Assembly: GCA_951406725.2 (NCBI GenBank) | Contig: OX597839.1 | Coordinates: 39,432,001-39,496,000, forward strand | Reading direction: 5' to 3' | From: Octopus vulgaris | Taxonomy: Eukaryota | Length of the DNA stretch: 64,000 nucleotides | In this document: one piece after another, positions 53,032 to 64,000 of the stretch | Position numbering within the stretch: the first letter of the stretch is position 1 | Layout of the letters: each line of letters begins with the position of its first letter | The notes under the pieces: model-generated | The model's database searches: none | The model's input: the letters and a program-made list of their open reading frames with translations, nothing else | Told to the model about the DNA's origin: nothing | Program-made: the position numbers and the translations under genes

Positions 53032-53228
53032 CAGTGCTTTTCAAACTTTTTACTGGAGCAGAACCCCAAGGAAGCATTCCACTGGCTCGAGGAACCCCTA
53101 TGCAATAATTTAATAGTCTTATGCACACATATTTGCACAGGAGAATTAAAAATTACTGCCGATTTTAGCAGTTTTGTAACTTCTTGCAGAACCCTAAGGT
53201 TCCGCAGAACCCTGGTTGAAAACCACTG
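53032..53228. mobile_element. hAT (Charlie-like) MITE, 197 bp
   Basis: TIRs CAGTGCTTTTCAA and TTGAAAACCACTG; perfect 8 bp TSD GTCTACAG at 53024-53031 and 53229-53236. Confidence 0.92.
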
Positions 53229-53524
53229 GTCTACAGTTTTATATTTAAGAGATGAGGAATTATGTACATTGTTTACATTATTTACGTTTGAAAGGATGAA
53301 AGGCAACGTTGAACTTAGCGGAATTTGAGCTCAGAACGTAAAGACAGATGAAATACCGCTTAACATTTGGCATTAGGAAGGGCATCCAGCCGTAGAAACA
53401 CAGCCAGATCAGACTGGGCCTGATGCAGCCTTCTGGCTTCACAGACCCCTGTTGAACCGTCCAACCCATGCTAGCATGGAAAGCGGACGCTAAATGATGA
53501 TGATGATTTTGCCTGGCATGCTAA

Positions 53525-54082
53525 TGTTTCTTATTTCATTATTGCCCATAGGGAGCTAAGCATAGAGGGGACAAACAAGGACAGACAAAGGGATTAAGTC
53601 GATTTCATTGACCTCAGTGTGTAACTGGTACCTAATTTATCGACCTCGGCGGAATTTGAACTCAGAACGTAAAGACAGACGAAATACCGCTAAACATTTC
53701 GCCTGGCGTGCTAACGTTTCTTATTTCTTTATTGCCCATAGGGAGCTAAGCATAGAGGGGACAAACAAGGACAGACAAAGGGATTTAGTCAATTACATTG
53801 ACCTCAGTGCGTAACTGGTACCTAATTTATCGACTTCGGCGGAATTTGAACTCAGAACGTAAAGACAGATGAAATACCGCTAAACATTTCGCCTGATGTG
53901 CTAACGTTTCTTATTTCTTTATTGCCCATAATAGGGAGCTAAGCATAGAGGGGACAAACAAGGACAGACAAAGGGATTAAGTTGATTTCATTGACCTTAG
54001 TGCGTAAATGGTACCTAATTTATCGACCTCGGCGGAATTTGAACTCAGAACGTAAAGACAGATGAAATACCGCTAAACATTT
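53525..54082 (-). repeat. Tandem trimer (~190 bp period) of an internally deleted family B SINE
   Basis: GGGAGCTAAGCATAGAGGGG at 53551, 53741 and 53934; all three lack the CCCGAAAGGATGAAAGGCAAAGTCGAC segment. Confidence 0.88.
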
Positions 54083-54189
54083 CATCCCCATTTTATGAGT
54101 GCGTGTTGGTGTCTATGTGACTGCGCGCGTGTTATATGTGATATACTTATGTGTGCAGCGGTGTCTGTATATGAATGTGTGTATGTTAA

Positions 54190-54777
54190 ACGTGTGTGTG
54201 TGTGTGGTTGGGTGGGTGTATACATGCATGTAAGTGTGCATATGTATGCAATAGGTGTGTGCTCGCAATACCAGAGGGCGCACACTCTCCTACCCTGATG
54301 TGATCTCCAGGGATACAGGCATCAAGCAACAGGACCTCCGTAATGCCATGATGGACCGTGAAGTCTGGCGTAGCATGGTAAATTCCATTGTCTCGACCAC
54401 GGTCGAACAATGATGATGATGACCACGCAGTGGGACTGAACTGAGAACAATGTGGTTCTTACCACACAGGCATGCTTACCCCTATAAAAATGTATTTATA
54501 GGGAGAAAGAGAGAGATAGATGTAGACAGACTAAAGTATACATGCGTGTGTGTGTGTGTGTGGGTGGGTGTATACATGCATGTAAGTGTGCATATGTATG
54601 CAATAGGTGCGTACTCGCAATACCAGAGGGCGCACACTCTCCTACCCTGATGTAATCTCCAGGGATACAGGCATCCAGCAACAGGACCTCCGTAATGCCA
54701 TGATGGACCGTGAAGTCTGGCGTAACATAGTAAATTCCATTGTCTCGACCACGGTCGAACAATGATGATGATGATGA
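54190..54777 (+). mobile_element. Two copies (352 bp apart) of an RTE-like LINE 3' end plus upstream flank
   Basis: Each reads RNTRGRTLSYPDVISRDTGI(K/Q)QQDLRNAMMDREVWR..VNSIVSTTVEQ* followed by (TGA)n; the 5' flank is shared. Confidence 0.85.
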
Positions 54778-55045
54778 GCTGTGAACGAGTATCCTTTCAT
54801 GTGTGTGTGTGTGTGTGTGTGACATAGATACTGAAACAAAAGAAGCTGAATATGATGCAAAAATCACACAGCGATCGTATATAATCAATAATGTTGACTA
54901 TAAACAATAAGGTGATCAATAATAGTTAGTGTAACAATAACATCTTAGATATGCATATGTAAGAGCTCTCAACTTGGTAGCTAGATCTGGTAGATATAGC
55001 AGTGAAGTCTCCCTCAAATCATATCCTACTACTATCTTACATATA

Positions 55046-55278
55046 TATTTCTTTACTGCCCACAAAGGGCTAAACATAGAGGGGACAAACAAGGACAGAC
55101 AAAGGGATTAAGTCGATTACATCGACCCCAGTGCATAACTGGTACTTTATTTATCGACCCCGAAAGGATGAAAGGCAAAGTCGACCTCGGCGGAATTTGA
55201 ACTCAGACCGTAACGGCGGATGAAATACGGCGACGCATTTCGCCCGGCGTGCTAACGTTTCTGCCAGCTCACCGCCTT
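55046..55278 (-). mobile_element. SINE family B, full length, CpG-retaining
   Basis: Complete from head (AAGGCGGTGAGCTGGCAG) to tail. Confidence 0.92.
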
Positions 55279-56169
55279 CTTACACATATATCCATCAGCC
55301 TAAGACGGGGACCCCACACAGTAGCTTAAATGAGTAACCAAATCTCCTTCAAATCACACACCCTAATGTCAAACACACACAAACACACACACACTCATAC
55401 ACACACACGCATATTTATGAGTATAGGTACAGGAGGGGCTGTGTGGTAAAAAGCTTGCTTACAAACCACATGGTTCCGGGTTCAGTCCCACTGCGTGGCA
55501 CCTTGGGCAAGTGTATTCTACTATAGCCTTGGGCCGACCAAAGCCTTGTGAGTGGATTTGGTAGATGGAAACTGAAAGAAGCCTGTTGTGTGTGTGTGTG
55601 TGTGTGCATCTGTTTGTGTATGTGTATCTCTGTGTGTGTGTGTATGTATGTATGTATGTATGTATGTATGTATGTATGTATGTATGTATGAATGTATGTA
55701 TGAATGTGTGTGTATGTATGTATGAATGTATGTATATGTGTGTGTGTAAGTATGTATGTGTGTGTGTATGTATGTATGTATGTATGTATGTATATGTGTG
55801 TGTGTGTGTGCATTTGTATTACTGTTCAGATGTTTGAGAGTCGCAAGTTATGGGCAAAATTTATAATGTGTCTACATTTGCATCTATCAAGTACCAGACT
55901 TGCCAGAATTAAGTATTATGGTTAATGTGATTAATCCAATGCAATACCTGAAGGCTGTGCTCTAGCATGGCCACAGTCTAATGGCTGAAACCAATAAAAT
56001 AAAAGAACCCAGTTCAAATGGAAGAACAACTTTTAACACCCCATAATTGTTTTGCCTTTTGCTTTTCTTCCAAAAGTTTTCCGCTTTGGTGTTTGACTAA
56101 TTTTATCTCATACACTTTTACTAAAATAATAAAAAAAGAAATTAAATCACCCCCTAAAATTCTTAGAGT

Positions 56170-56540
56170 CTGAGATTTTTTGGCATATTTCTTAAAAAAA
56201 CCTACTTTTTTAAATGTGGACATTACAAATGTGCAATTTGTTTCTTCTCATAATTTCAAATTAAGTTTTGAAATTGGAATTCTAAAATTTTAAAATTTAA
56301 CCAAAATTTTCAATTTTAAAATTAACAAAAATTGCGCACAGACAGACACACACACACACAAATATGCAAGTGCATTGAGCAAACTCATTTATTTCGGCTA
56401 CGCAAAAGCATGAAGCTTTGTTTAAATTTTAATATTTCGATTTTGAAAATTAATTTGAAATTATGAGAAGAAACAACGAACCTATTTGTAATGTTCGCAT
56501 TTGAAAATTATATTTTTAAAAAAACTGCAAAAATTCTGAG
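56170..56540. repeat. Decayed AT-rich inverted repeat around a (CA)n core
   Basis: ACATTACAAAT...TTGTTTCTTCTCATAATTTCAAATTAA is mirrored by TTAATTTGAAATTATGAGAAGAAACAA...ATTTGTAATGT. Confidence 0.75.
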
Positions 56541-56663
56541 GGTTTTTATTTGTGCATGTATGTATATTTTTGTATGTATGTGTTAGACATACACAAATAT
56601 ACATACCCACACATAAACACATACATACATAGACTTATATACAAAATATATAAATATAAATAT

Positions 56664-57080
56664 AGGCGCAGGAGTGGCTGTGTGGTAAGTAGCTTGCTAA
56701 CCAACCACATGGTTCCGGGTTCAGTCCCACTGCGTGGCATCTTGGGCAAGTGTCTTCTACTATAGCCTCGGGAAAACCAATGCCTTGTGAGTGGATTTGG
56801 TAGACGGAAACTGAAAGAAGCCTGTCGTATATATGTATATATATATATATATATGTGTATGTGTGTGTGTTTTTGTGTCTGTGTTTGTCCCCCTAGCATT
56901 GCTTGACAACCAATGCTGGTGTGTTTACGTCCCCGTCACTTAGCGGTTCGGCAAAAGAGACCGATAGAATAAGTACTGGGCTTACAAAGAATAAGTCCCG
57001 GGATCGATTTGCTCGACTAAAGGCGGTGCTCCAGCATGGCCGCAGTCAAATGACTGAAACAAGCTAAAGAGTAAAAGAGT
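56664..57080 (+). mobile_element. SINE family A, full length, little diverged
   Basis: Complete match with CpGs retained. Confidence 0.93.
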
Positions 57081-57605
57081 ATAAGCAATTTGGCTGGAAA
57101 AAATTGAAGAAATAAAAATTTGTTACAGAAATTGCCGAACAAATACTTTCAGCTTTGATAGACCTTCTCCGAAAGATCACCAAAATGGATATTTAAATCA
57201 GTTCCCATCTTACTAAGTTAGGCTTATCATAATATTTTGATGACAAACTGACAGTGCAACACATATCAGTCTATTAAAGCTGCTCCTTACTGCTAGAAGG
57301 GGTCCTGTGGGTTTTCATTTTGGCTGTAAGCCAATGAAAGTCTGGCTGGTACAAAGTCTGTGCCGTACAAATTAGTTCTGTCAGGTGATGGTTGGTAAAG
57401 TTTGCAGGGTGCTTCCATTGCACAAATTTCATCACAGAGTAGTGATTCACAGCTGTATGTTGTGCTGGAAGTCGAGATGAGTCACACACACTCGTGTTTT
57501 CTTCAGCTTCAGGGTATTTTACTTATGGAACTTGTTTCCTAAACCCAATTGTAGACAGAGGTTAATGAGTCATCTTTAGACCCAGGCCCTCCTGCAATTC
57601 CTTAA

Positions 57606-57826
57606 CCCTTTAGTGTTCGCATTATTCTGCCAAAATTAATGCTTCTTCATCCACATTGTTTTGAACTAGTCATTCATCATCTTGTAGCTATGAGATTTTG
57701 AAGAGGTAGCTGTTAATTTTAAAAACAACATTGTAGGGTTGGTGTGAGAGACCAGATCTGGCCAGTTTGAACATAAAACAGGCAGAATACTTTTGGCCGG
57801 ATATGGCCGGTTTAAATGCTAAAGGG
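57606..57826. mobile_element. piggyBac-like MITE
   Basis: TTAA-CCCTTTAG...CTAAAGGG-TTAA. Partial copies at ~1660-1795 and ~43640-43732. Confidence 0.85.
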
Positions 57827-57891
57827 TTAAGTTCCATTTCTATAGCAGATGATTCCATGACAAGAAATTTGAGAACTGGACAACCATTGGA

Positions 57892-58315
57892 GTAAAGATT
57901 GTTTGCCAACATAACATGGCAGTCCTGGTTTAGGACGAATGTTGCTGTAATTTGGTCCCAGGAGACATTGTCTCCAGCTGGCTATACAACACGATCTGTG
58001 TCCTTATATTTTCAAACAAGAGAAGTTAGCACCCCAACTCAGCTCAAAACAAAATATCTGTGTATTGCAATTTCTGGGTTATTTCTCTTCATCAGTGCAG
58101 AATAATTGTTTGACTAGATGAAAGGAAATAACCTGGAAATCGTGACACACAGATATTGTTTTGAGCTGAGTAGGGGTGCTAGATTCCCTTGTTCAAAAAT
58201 ATAAGGACACAGATCATGTCGTAAAGCCAGCTGGAGACAATGTCTCCTAGAGCTAAATTACAGTAACATTTGTCCTAAACCAGGACTACCATGTTATGTT
58301 GGCCAAAATCTTTAC
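57892..58315. mobile_element. Foldback (fully palindromic) MITE-like element, ~205 bp arms
   Basis: GTAAAGATT...CCAACATAACATGG.AGTCCTGGTTTAGGAC...CTCAGCTCAAAACAA is mirrored across an axis near 58105. Confidence 0.9.
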
Positions 58316-58499
58316 ACTAAAGTACTGTTGCTGAATCTCTTGTGAGATTTAAAAACAGTAATTTTCTAATGGACAACCATTGTTGCTTGCATCAACCACG
58401 AACGAGTCTTACCAGAAAGAGGAAGCAAGGCTTCATCTTCTGTAAGCCATCAAACATGGTTAGAAATATTATCAAGCAGTCTTTGTAATTTAGGTTTGT

Positions 58500-59900
58500 A
58501 TTCTTGCAGGTTGAGGTCTTTTATTTCAGTCTCAGATGAGTAATTTACTCTTGTTTTGAGAATGGGAAAGTGACTGAAATACGTGTCCCTGGAAAGCTTT
58601 TATTTTACTCTGAAAGCTGAAACCTGTCTGAGTAAGATTAGAAATAATCTGATCCTTCTGCAGGAGTGCCAAATTGAGGGTTTGAAAATGATTCATTTTA
58701 TCAGTACTGAACATCTGATCTTGCAACCATTTGTCATTTTCCAGTTGAGGGTAGAATCTTTGTTTTTTTTGTTAAGTAAAGTAATAGAAGGCTCCAACAT
58801 ATCTACAAACCTAGTCAAGATGTGACTGATTGATAGCCACCTTACAATGCAGTATACAGATACATCACTAAGTCTATCTTCAAGCCCCAGTTCATCAATG
58901 AAATGCCTCAACTGTTGGTGGGTCTTTCCATTTAAACAATTTCAAGCACAGATTTCATCATATCTTCATTCTTGAAGTATCTGGCCATGAGATGTCCACA
59001 ATGAATAATGCAATGAAATAATACCCTGGAGGGCTGGAATCACTTTTCATCAGTGCAATTAACCCTGCATTTCCCCCCAGTCATTGCAGGAGCATCATCT
59101 GTTGTGACACTGACAAGTTTATTCAGTGGGACATGAGCATTTGGTAAGGCCCTGTTGAGCGTAATTTTTTTTTTAATGTCAATGTAACGAGTTGTTTCTT
59201 TTAACTCCACTGAATCCAACATCTCTTCTCTCACAAATAACTCAGAAGAAACATATTGAACAAATACCGCCAGTTGTGAGGCTGTCTTGTATGTTGAACA
59301 AATATCACCAGTTGTGAAGTAGTCTTTCATGTTGAACAAATACAGCCAGTTGTGAAGTGGTCTTGGATGCCGAACAAATATCGCCAGTTGTGAAGTGGTC
59401 TTTTATGTTGAACAAATACTGCTAGTTGTGAAGTGGTCTTGTATGCCGAACAAATATCGCCAATTGTGAAGTGGTCTTTTATGTTGAACAAATACTGCCA
59501 GTTGTGAAGTGGTGTTGTATGCCAAACAAATACTGCCAGTTGTGAGGTTGCATGTAGAACAAATACCGCCATTTGTGAGGTTGTCTTGCATGTCAAACAA
59601 ATACTGCCGGTTGTGAGGTTGTCTTGTATGTCAGCTGATTCATCAGTTGCTAAACTGAATGTAGAGGAATTTCAAAAACCATTTTACATTTTGCTTGTAA
59701 ACATCAGCACCAATCTGAGGTGAGGAATATGATATGAAACTGGTGTTTGAGCAGCTATTAGTCGATGAAATTTTGTATTATTTGGATCTAAGACTGCAAT
59801 AACTACAGCAATATTCTTTAAAAATATTCACCATCAGAATATGAACATTGAGCACAAGCAATATTCCATGATATAACAAAACTGGTTTTACTTGTTGTAT
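58500..59900 (-). pseudogene. hAT transposase remnant (GTF2IRD2/SPIN/Charlie-like)
   Basis: Minus-strand motifs in order: YSDGEYF..VLDPNN; FSLATDESADIQD; SQLAVFVQYV..VREEMLD.VELKETT; LVSVTTDDAPAMTG; FHCIIH; HQQLRHF..VRWLS..LTRF. Frameshifted. Confidence 0.9.
59258..59632 (-). repeat. 38-bp tandem array (10 units) inside the hAT transposase
   Basis: (G/A)AACAAATA anchor at 59258, 59296, 59334, 59372, 59410, 59448, 59486, 59524, 59557 and 59595. Confidence 0.95.
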
Positions 59901-60182
59901 CGGCAGCAAACCTACAGAATATGTACCATCCCCACCATCTGAGACCTCGATGGTTCATACATGAAGTCAGAACTGTTACATATAACCAAAATCTGCCTCA
60001 AATTAGCCAATGGGGGACACCCCTATATACTAGAATATATTATAATTTTGTTCTCAGTTAAGACCACTTATGGGAATGTAAATTTAACCCCAGTATTTCA
60101 CTGGTATCTAATTTTATCGGACCCAGAAGAAAAGTATTTAATTTTGACTTGATTGCCCCAATAGTATTACTGGTGGTATATA

Positions 60183-60390
60183 TTCTTTTCTTCTCTAGGC
60201 ACAAGGCCTGGAATTTTGGGGGAGGGGTCCAGTTAATTAGATCACCCCCAGTTCGCAACTGGTACTTAATTTATCGACCCCGAAACGATGAAAGGTGAAG
60301 TCGACCTCTACGGGATTTGAACTCAGAACGTAAAGACAGAAGAAATACCGCTAAACATTTTGCCTGGAGGGTTAATGTCTCTGGCTAACT
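60183..60390 (-). mobile_element. SINE family B subfamily
   Basis: Reverse-complement match to family B. Confidence 0.82.
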
Positions 60391-61277
60391 GGGGGCACGT
60401 CTGTTATAAAGGCACTTTTACAGTGGTTTTGTGTCAGTGTGTTGGACAAGTGATGACAGTAGAGATGGTGGTGAGGACACTGGTGGTGGTAGAAGTAGTA
60501 TAGTAGTAGTAGTTGTGGTGGTGGAACAAAGGGGTGGGGGCGGTGAAAAATTGGGGGGAGGGGTGGTGAAAAGAAAAGGGTGGAGGGGCATTGCAGATGC
60601 CGGCAGGGAAGGTCATGGTGGAGATGATGGTCGTGGATGGGGGTTGCAACATGCTGATGGTTGCAGTGATGGTGGTGGTTGTGGGGGTGGTTGTGGTAGT
60701 GGTGGTAGTGGTGATGGTGTGGGTGAGTATGGCAGGCGAGGCAAAGTTTTAGGATTCTTGGAAGAATACATTACAGTAATATAGAATTTGGCACTTGGTA
60801 AATTTCTCTGGAATATTTTCGTGGAGAAGAGCTCATTGTGGCTGCATGCACATGTATTATAGATATGTATGTGTGTGTGTGTGTGTGTGTACATAATGTG
60901 TACACACACACATGTACATGCATATACATATATATGTATATACACATACTTATGTATATGTGCATGCATATATAAATATATATATATATATGTATGTATG
61001 TATACTTATTTAAGTGTGGTGAGTATAATAAATAAATAGGTAAATTCACTCCACACCTCTCTTCTGCTCTCTCTCTCTCCCTCCCTTTCTCTCTATCTCT
61101 ACTCATTCTCATTCTCTCATTCTACTTACACATGTATGTGCTTGTGGTCATTTAAGGTTATATATTATTGATAGTGAAACATTTGTAAATGGTTACGTAA
61201 CACAACAGGTACTGACATATGCACGCACCCACACACACATACACACATATACATATGTAAATATATATATGTATATG

Positions 61278-61423
61278 TGTGTGGTAAGTAGCTAGCTTAC
61301 CAACCACATGGTGCCGGGTTCAGTCCCACTGCGTGGCACCTTGGGAAAGTCTCTTCTACTATAGCTTCATCCAACAAAAGCCTTGTGAGTGAATTTGATA
61401 GACGGAAACTGAAAGAAGCTCAT

Positions 61424-61472
<49 letters not shown>

Positions 61473-61488
61473 TTCCTCGAATTTTATA

Positions 61489-61533
<45 letters not shown>

Positions 61534-61804
61534 ACTCATTTTTGTTTATCGCTTGAAAATTGACCGTTATTTGTAAAGGACCAATCAAACAAGTCCATTT
61601 TTAAAGGTGTAGCGTTTATACTAGTCTGGATAGAATTGACATATCAGTTCTATTCTAGCAAAAACTGTCCGATGAATGGCAACGCGAAACTCAGAGTAAC
61701 AGGTTTTGTTGAATTTTCTGCTGCTTTAAATAAAGCATATTACTCTACCACTGGTATTTGAGTACTCTTTTTTCCACCTTGTTTCACATTTATGTGTGTA
61801 CTCC

Positions 61805-61846
<42 letters not shown>

Positions 61847-62059
61847 TGTAAATATATATATATAAGGGGAGAATTCACAAAAAAAAAACAAAAGACGAAG
61901 ATGGTGGTGTGAACAACAAACAGATGTATTAGCATAATGCTTGGGAAGTGAAAAAGTCTTTAACATTTTGAGCCTACGCTCTTCCACAGAAAGGAACACA
62001 GAATGAAACAAGGAGAGAAAATAAAGAATGAGTAGTGGCTAGTGATCTATCATGGGGAA

Positions 62060-62090
<31 letters not shown>

Positions 62091-62333
62091 ATATGGTGTA
62101 TATGTTTGTGTGTCTGTGTTTGTCCCCCTTCCCCACCACCACCATCACTTGACAACCGACGCCGGTGTGTTTACGTCCCTGTAAATTAGCGGTTCGGCAA
62201 AAAAGAGGACGATAGAATAAGTACTAAGCTTACAAAGATTAAGTCCTGGGGGTCGATTTTGCTCGACCAAAGGCGGTGCTCCAGCATGGCCGCAGTCAAA
62301 CGACTGAAAGAAGTAAAAGAGAGTAAAAGAGAG
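61278..62333 (+). mobile_element. SINE family A whose internal (TA)n holds two PLE-like islands (61530-61806, 61865-62055)
   Basis: Head at 61278-61425 and tail at 62103-62333; the intervening islands carry hammerhead-like motifs. Confidence 0.75.
61665..61702 (+). ncRNA. Hammerhead-like motif, CCGAUGA core
   Basis: CUGU-CCGAUGA-auggcaacgc-GAAA-CUCaGAG-UA-ACAG; stems I and III pair, stem II is weak. Confidence 0.5.
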
Positions 62334-62769
62334 ATACAAGCACACACGGGCATTGCAATTTAAGTGGGTGTGTTAATGCATTGTATGAATGAATGCTACA
62401 ATGTAATGTGTAGTATACGTGTATGCTTGTGCAACTGTGTTCAGTGTGTATATTATTGGGTAGCATGTGTAGTGTATGTGTGTGTATTGTGTGTGTCTTA
62501 TGTACGCATATATATGTTATGTAAGACATGTATGTGTGTGTTCATGTATGCAATATAGTTGTTATTTAACTAAAGGTCAGTGCTGATAGGGTAGATCTAT
62601 GAATCACAGGTGTTCCATGCATGACCAAGCCATTTGTTTAGAGTCATAAAAGACTAGGTTGGCTAATGTCCTCTTACCTTATACAAGATATTAGGGTGCG
62701 ATTTGTGGCACATTTCAGTGACATTTCTAACAGGTGGAACAAAGCTATCGCACTGAATCATATTGCATG

Positions 62770-62819
<50 letters not shown>

Positions 62820-62946
62820 GCACACACACACATACATATAATGTGTGTGAGTGTATGTTATGTATAAGTGTGTGTGTATATATACACTTATATTTTAAAG
62901 TGTATAGTATATATGATATTGTGTAGTGGTAGAGCAAGGGTGGTTG

Positions 62947-62984
<38 letters not shown>

Positions 62985-63232
62985 CATATGTCTATATGTG
63001 GGGGTCTTTGTGTCAGTGTTTGACCCCCATCACTGCTTGACAACCAGTGTTGGTGTCTTTCACGTCCCCATAACTTAGCAGTTCAGCAAAAGAGACCGAT
63101 AGAATAGGTACTAGGCTTACAAAGAATAAGTCCTGGTGTTGATTTGTTCGACTGAAACCTTCCAAGGCAGTGTTCCAGCATGACCACACTCAAATGGCTC
63201 TCTCTCTCACTCTCGCCCTCTCTATATATATG

Positions 63233-63291
<59 letters not shown>

Positions 63292-63387
63292 CGGGAAGGT
63301 TTACGAAAATAAACAAAAGACGAAGGCAGGTGGAGTACAAACAAACAAATGTATTAGTATGGCGCTCAGGAATAGAAATAGAAATAG

Positions 63388-63425
63388 TCTTTTACGTTTC
63401 GAGCCTACGCTCTTCGACAGAAAGA
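63388..63425 (-). ncRNA. Minimal hammerhead-like motif in a PLE-like island (63290-63483)
   Basis: UCUUU-CUGUCGA-a-GAGC guag GCUC-GAAAC-GUA-AAAGA, with palindromic ACGU stem III. A decayed paralogue lies at 61957-61994. Confidence 0.6.
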
Positions 63426-63567
63426 TACACAGAAAAATAAACAAGGAGAGAAAAAAATGCATGTAGGAGCTAACGATCTATCATATATATATATATAGAG
63501 ATAGAGACACACACACACTAGCGTATAAGTATTGGGTTAAAAACACTAGGGACAGAAAATGTCGAAG

Positions 63568-63637
63568 ACAGGTCGTGGGAATCGAACTCACATTTTCTGT
63601 AAGTGTAACAGACTTTCTACAACTGTACCAAAACAAT
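63568..63637 (-). pseudogene. Degenerate tRNA-like sequence or SINE head
   Basis: TGGTACAGTTGTAG A-box-like, TCTGT-7nt-ACAGA stem-loop, GTGAG-TTCGATT-CCCAC T-arm; the acceptor stem does not pair. Confidence 0.4.
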
Positions 63638-63697
63638 CCTTTGAATTTCTGAATACAGTTTCGAATCTTTGTTCATATCAGCTTTTTAAACAACACA

Positions 63698-63729
<32 letters not shown>

Positions 63730-63886
63730 ACTGACGACCATAGATGTATTTAAGAATAAACGTACATAGACGTGTATGTTAATATATAGGGAAGTATCAG
63801 TAATATGTCGCTCTCACGCCTCAAAATATTCCATAAATGTTTCATATTTTAGTTCTTCCTTATCACTTTCCCACGCCACAGCCAAC

Positions 63887-63930
<44 letters not shown>

Positions 63931-64000
63931 GTAGGATCTTTTCGGTTTGACCGGCAGTTTTTTAAAATAATTTCCACGGAACTAAATACTTCTAAACTTC

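Noticed and set aside
59258-59632. 38-bp regularly spaced repeats resembling a CRISPR array
   Set aside because: The units are contiguous with no unique spacers, derive from transposase coding sequence, and the context is eukaryotic with no cas genes.
63568-63637. Functional tRNA gene
   Set aside because: The acceptor stem and anticodon loop are non-canonical; the SINE heads elsewhere likewise keep only A/B boxes.

Overview
Eukaryotic, AT-rich, almost entirely non-coding DNA dense in microsatellites ((TA)n, (CA)n, (TACA)n, (GATA)n, (CAT)n, (GGT)n, GA-rich tracts) and SINEs. The repeat families point to an octopod cephalopod (Octopus) genome; this is recognition by eye, not a database result. 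Nearly every ORF in the supplied track is microsatellite or SINE read-through. Real coding signal is limited to: decayed transposon fragments (RTE-type LINE pieces, a CR1-type 3' end, a hAT transposase pseudogene, a mariner remnant) and one plausible host exon on the minus strand (18817-18998) encoding a signal-peptide-like N-terminus. The most notable unexplained structure is a set of type I hammerhead ribozyme motifs in short islands inside (TA)n tracts, probably Penelope-like element (PLE) termini. These include one with an intact core, one with a compensatory U3-A8 core, and two back-to-back cores at the axis of a ~240 bp palindrome. Also present are several long foldbacks, a Merlin-like MITE, a 38-bp array inside the hAT catalytic region, and SINE/LINE pairs with shared 3' tails. 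Repeat boundaries are approximate.
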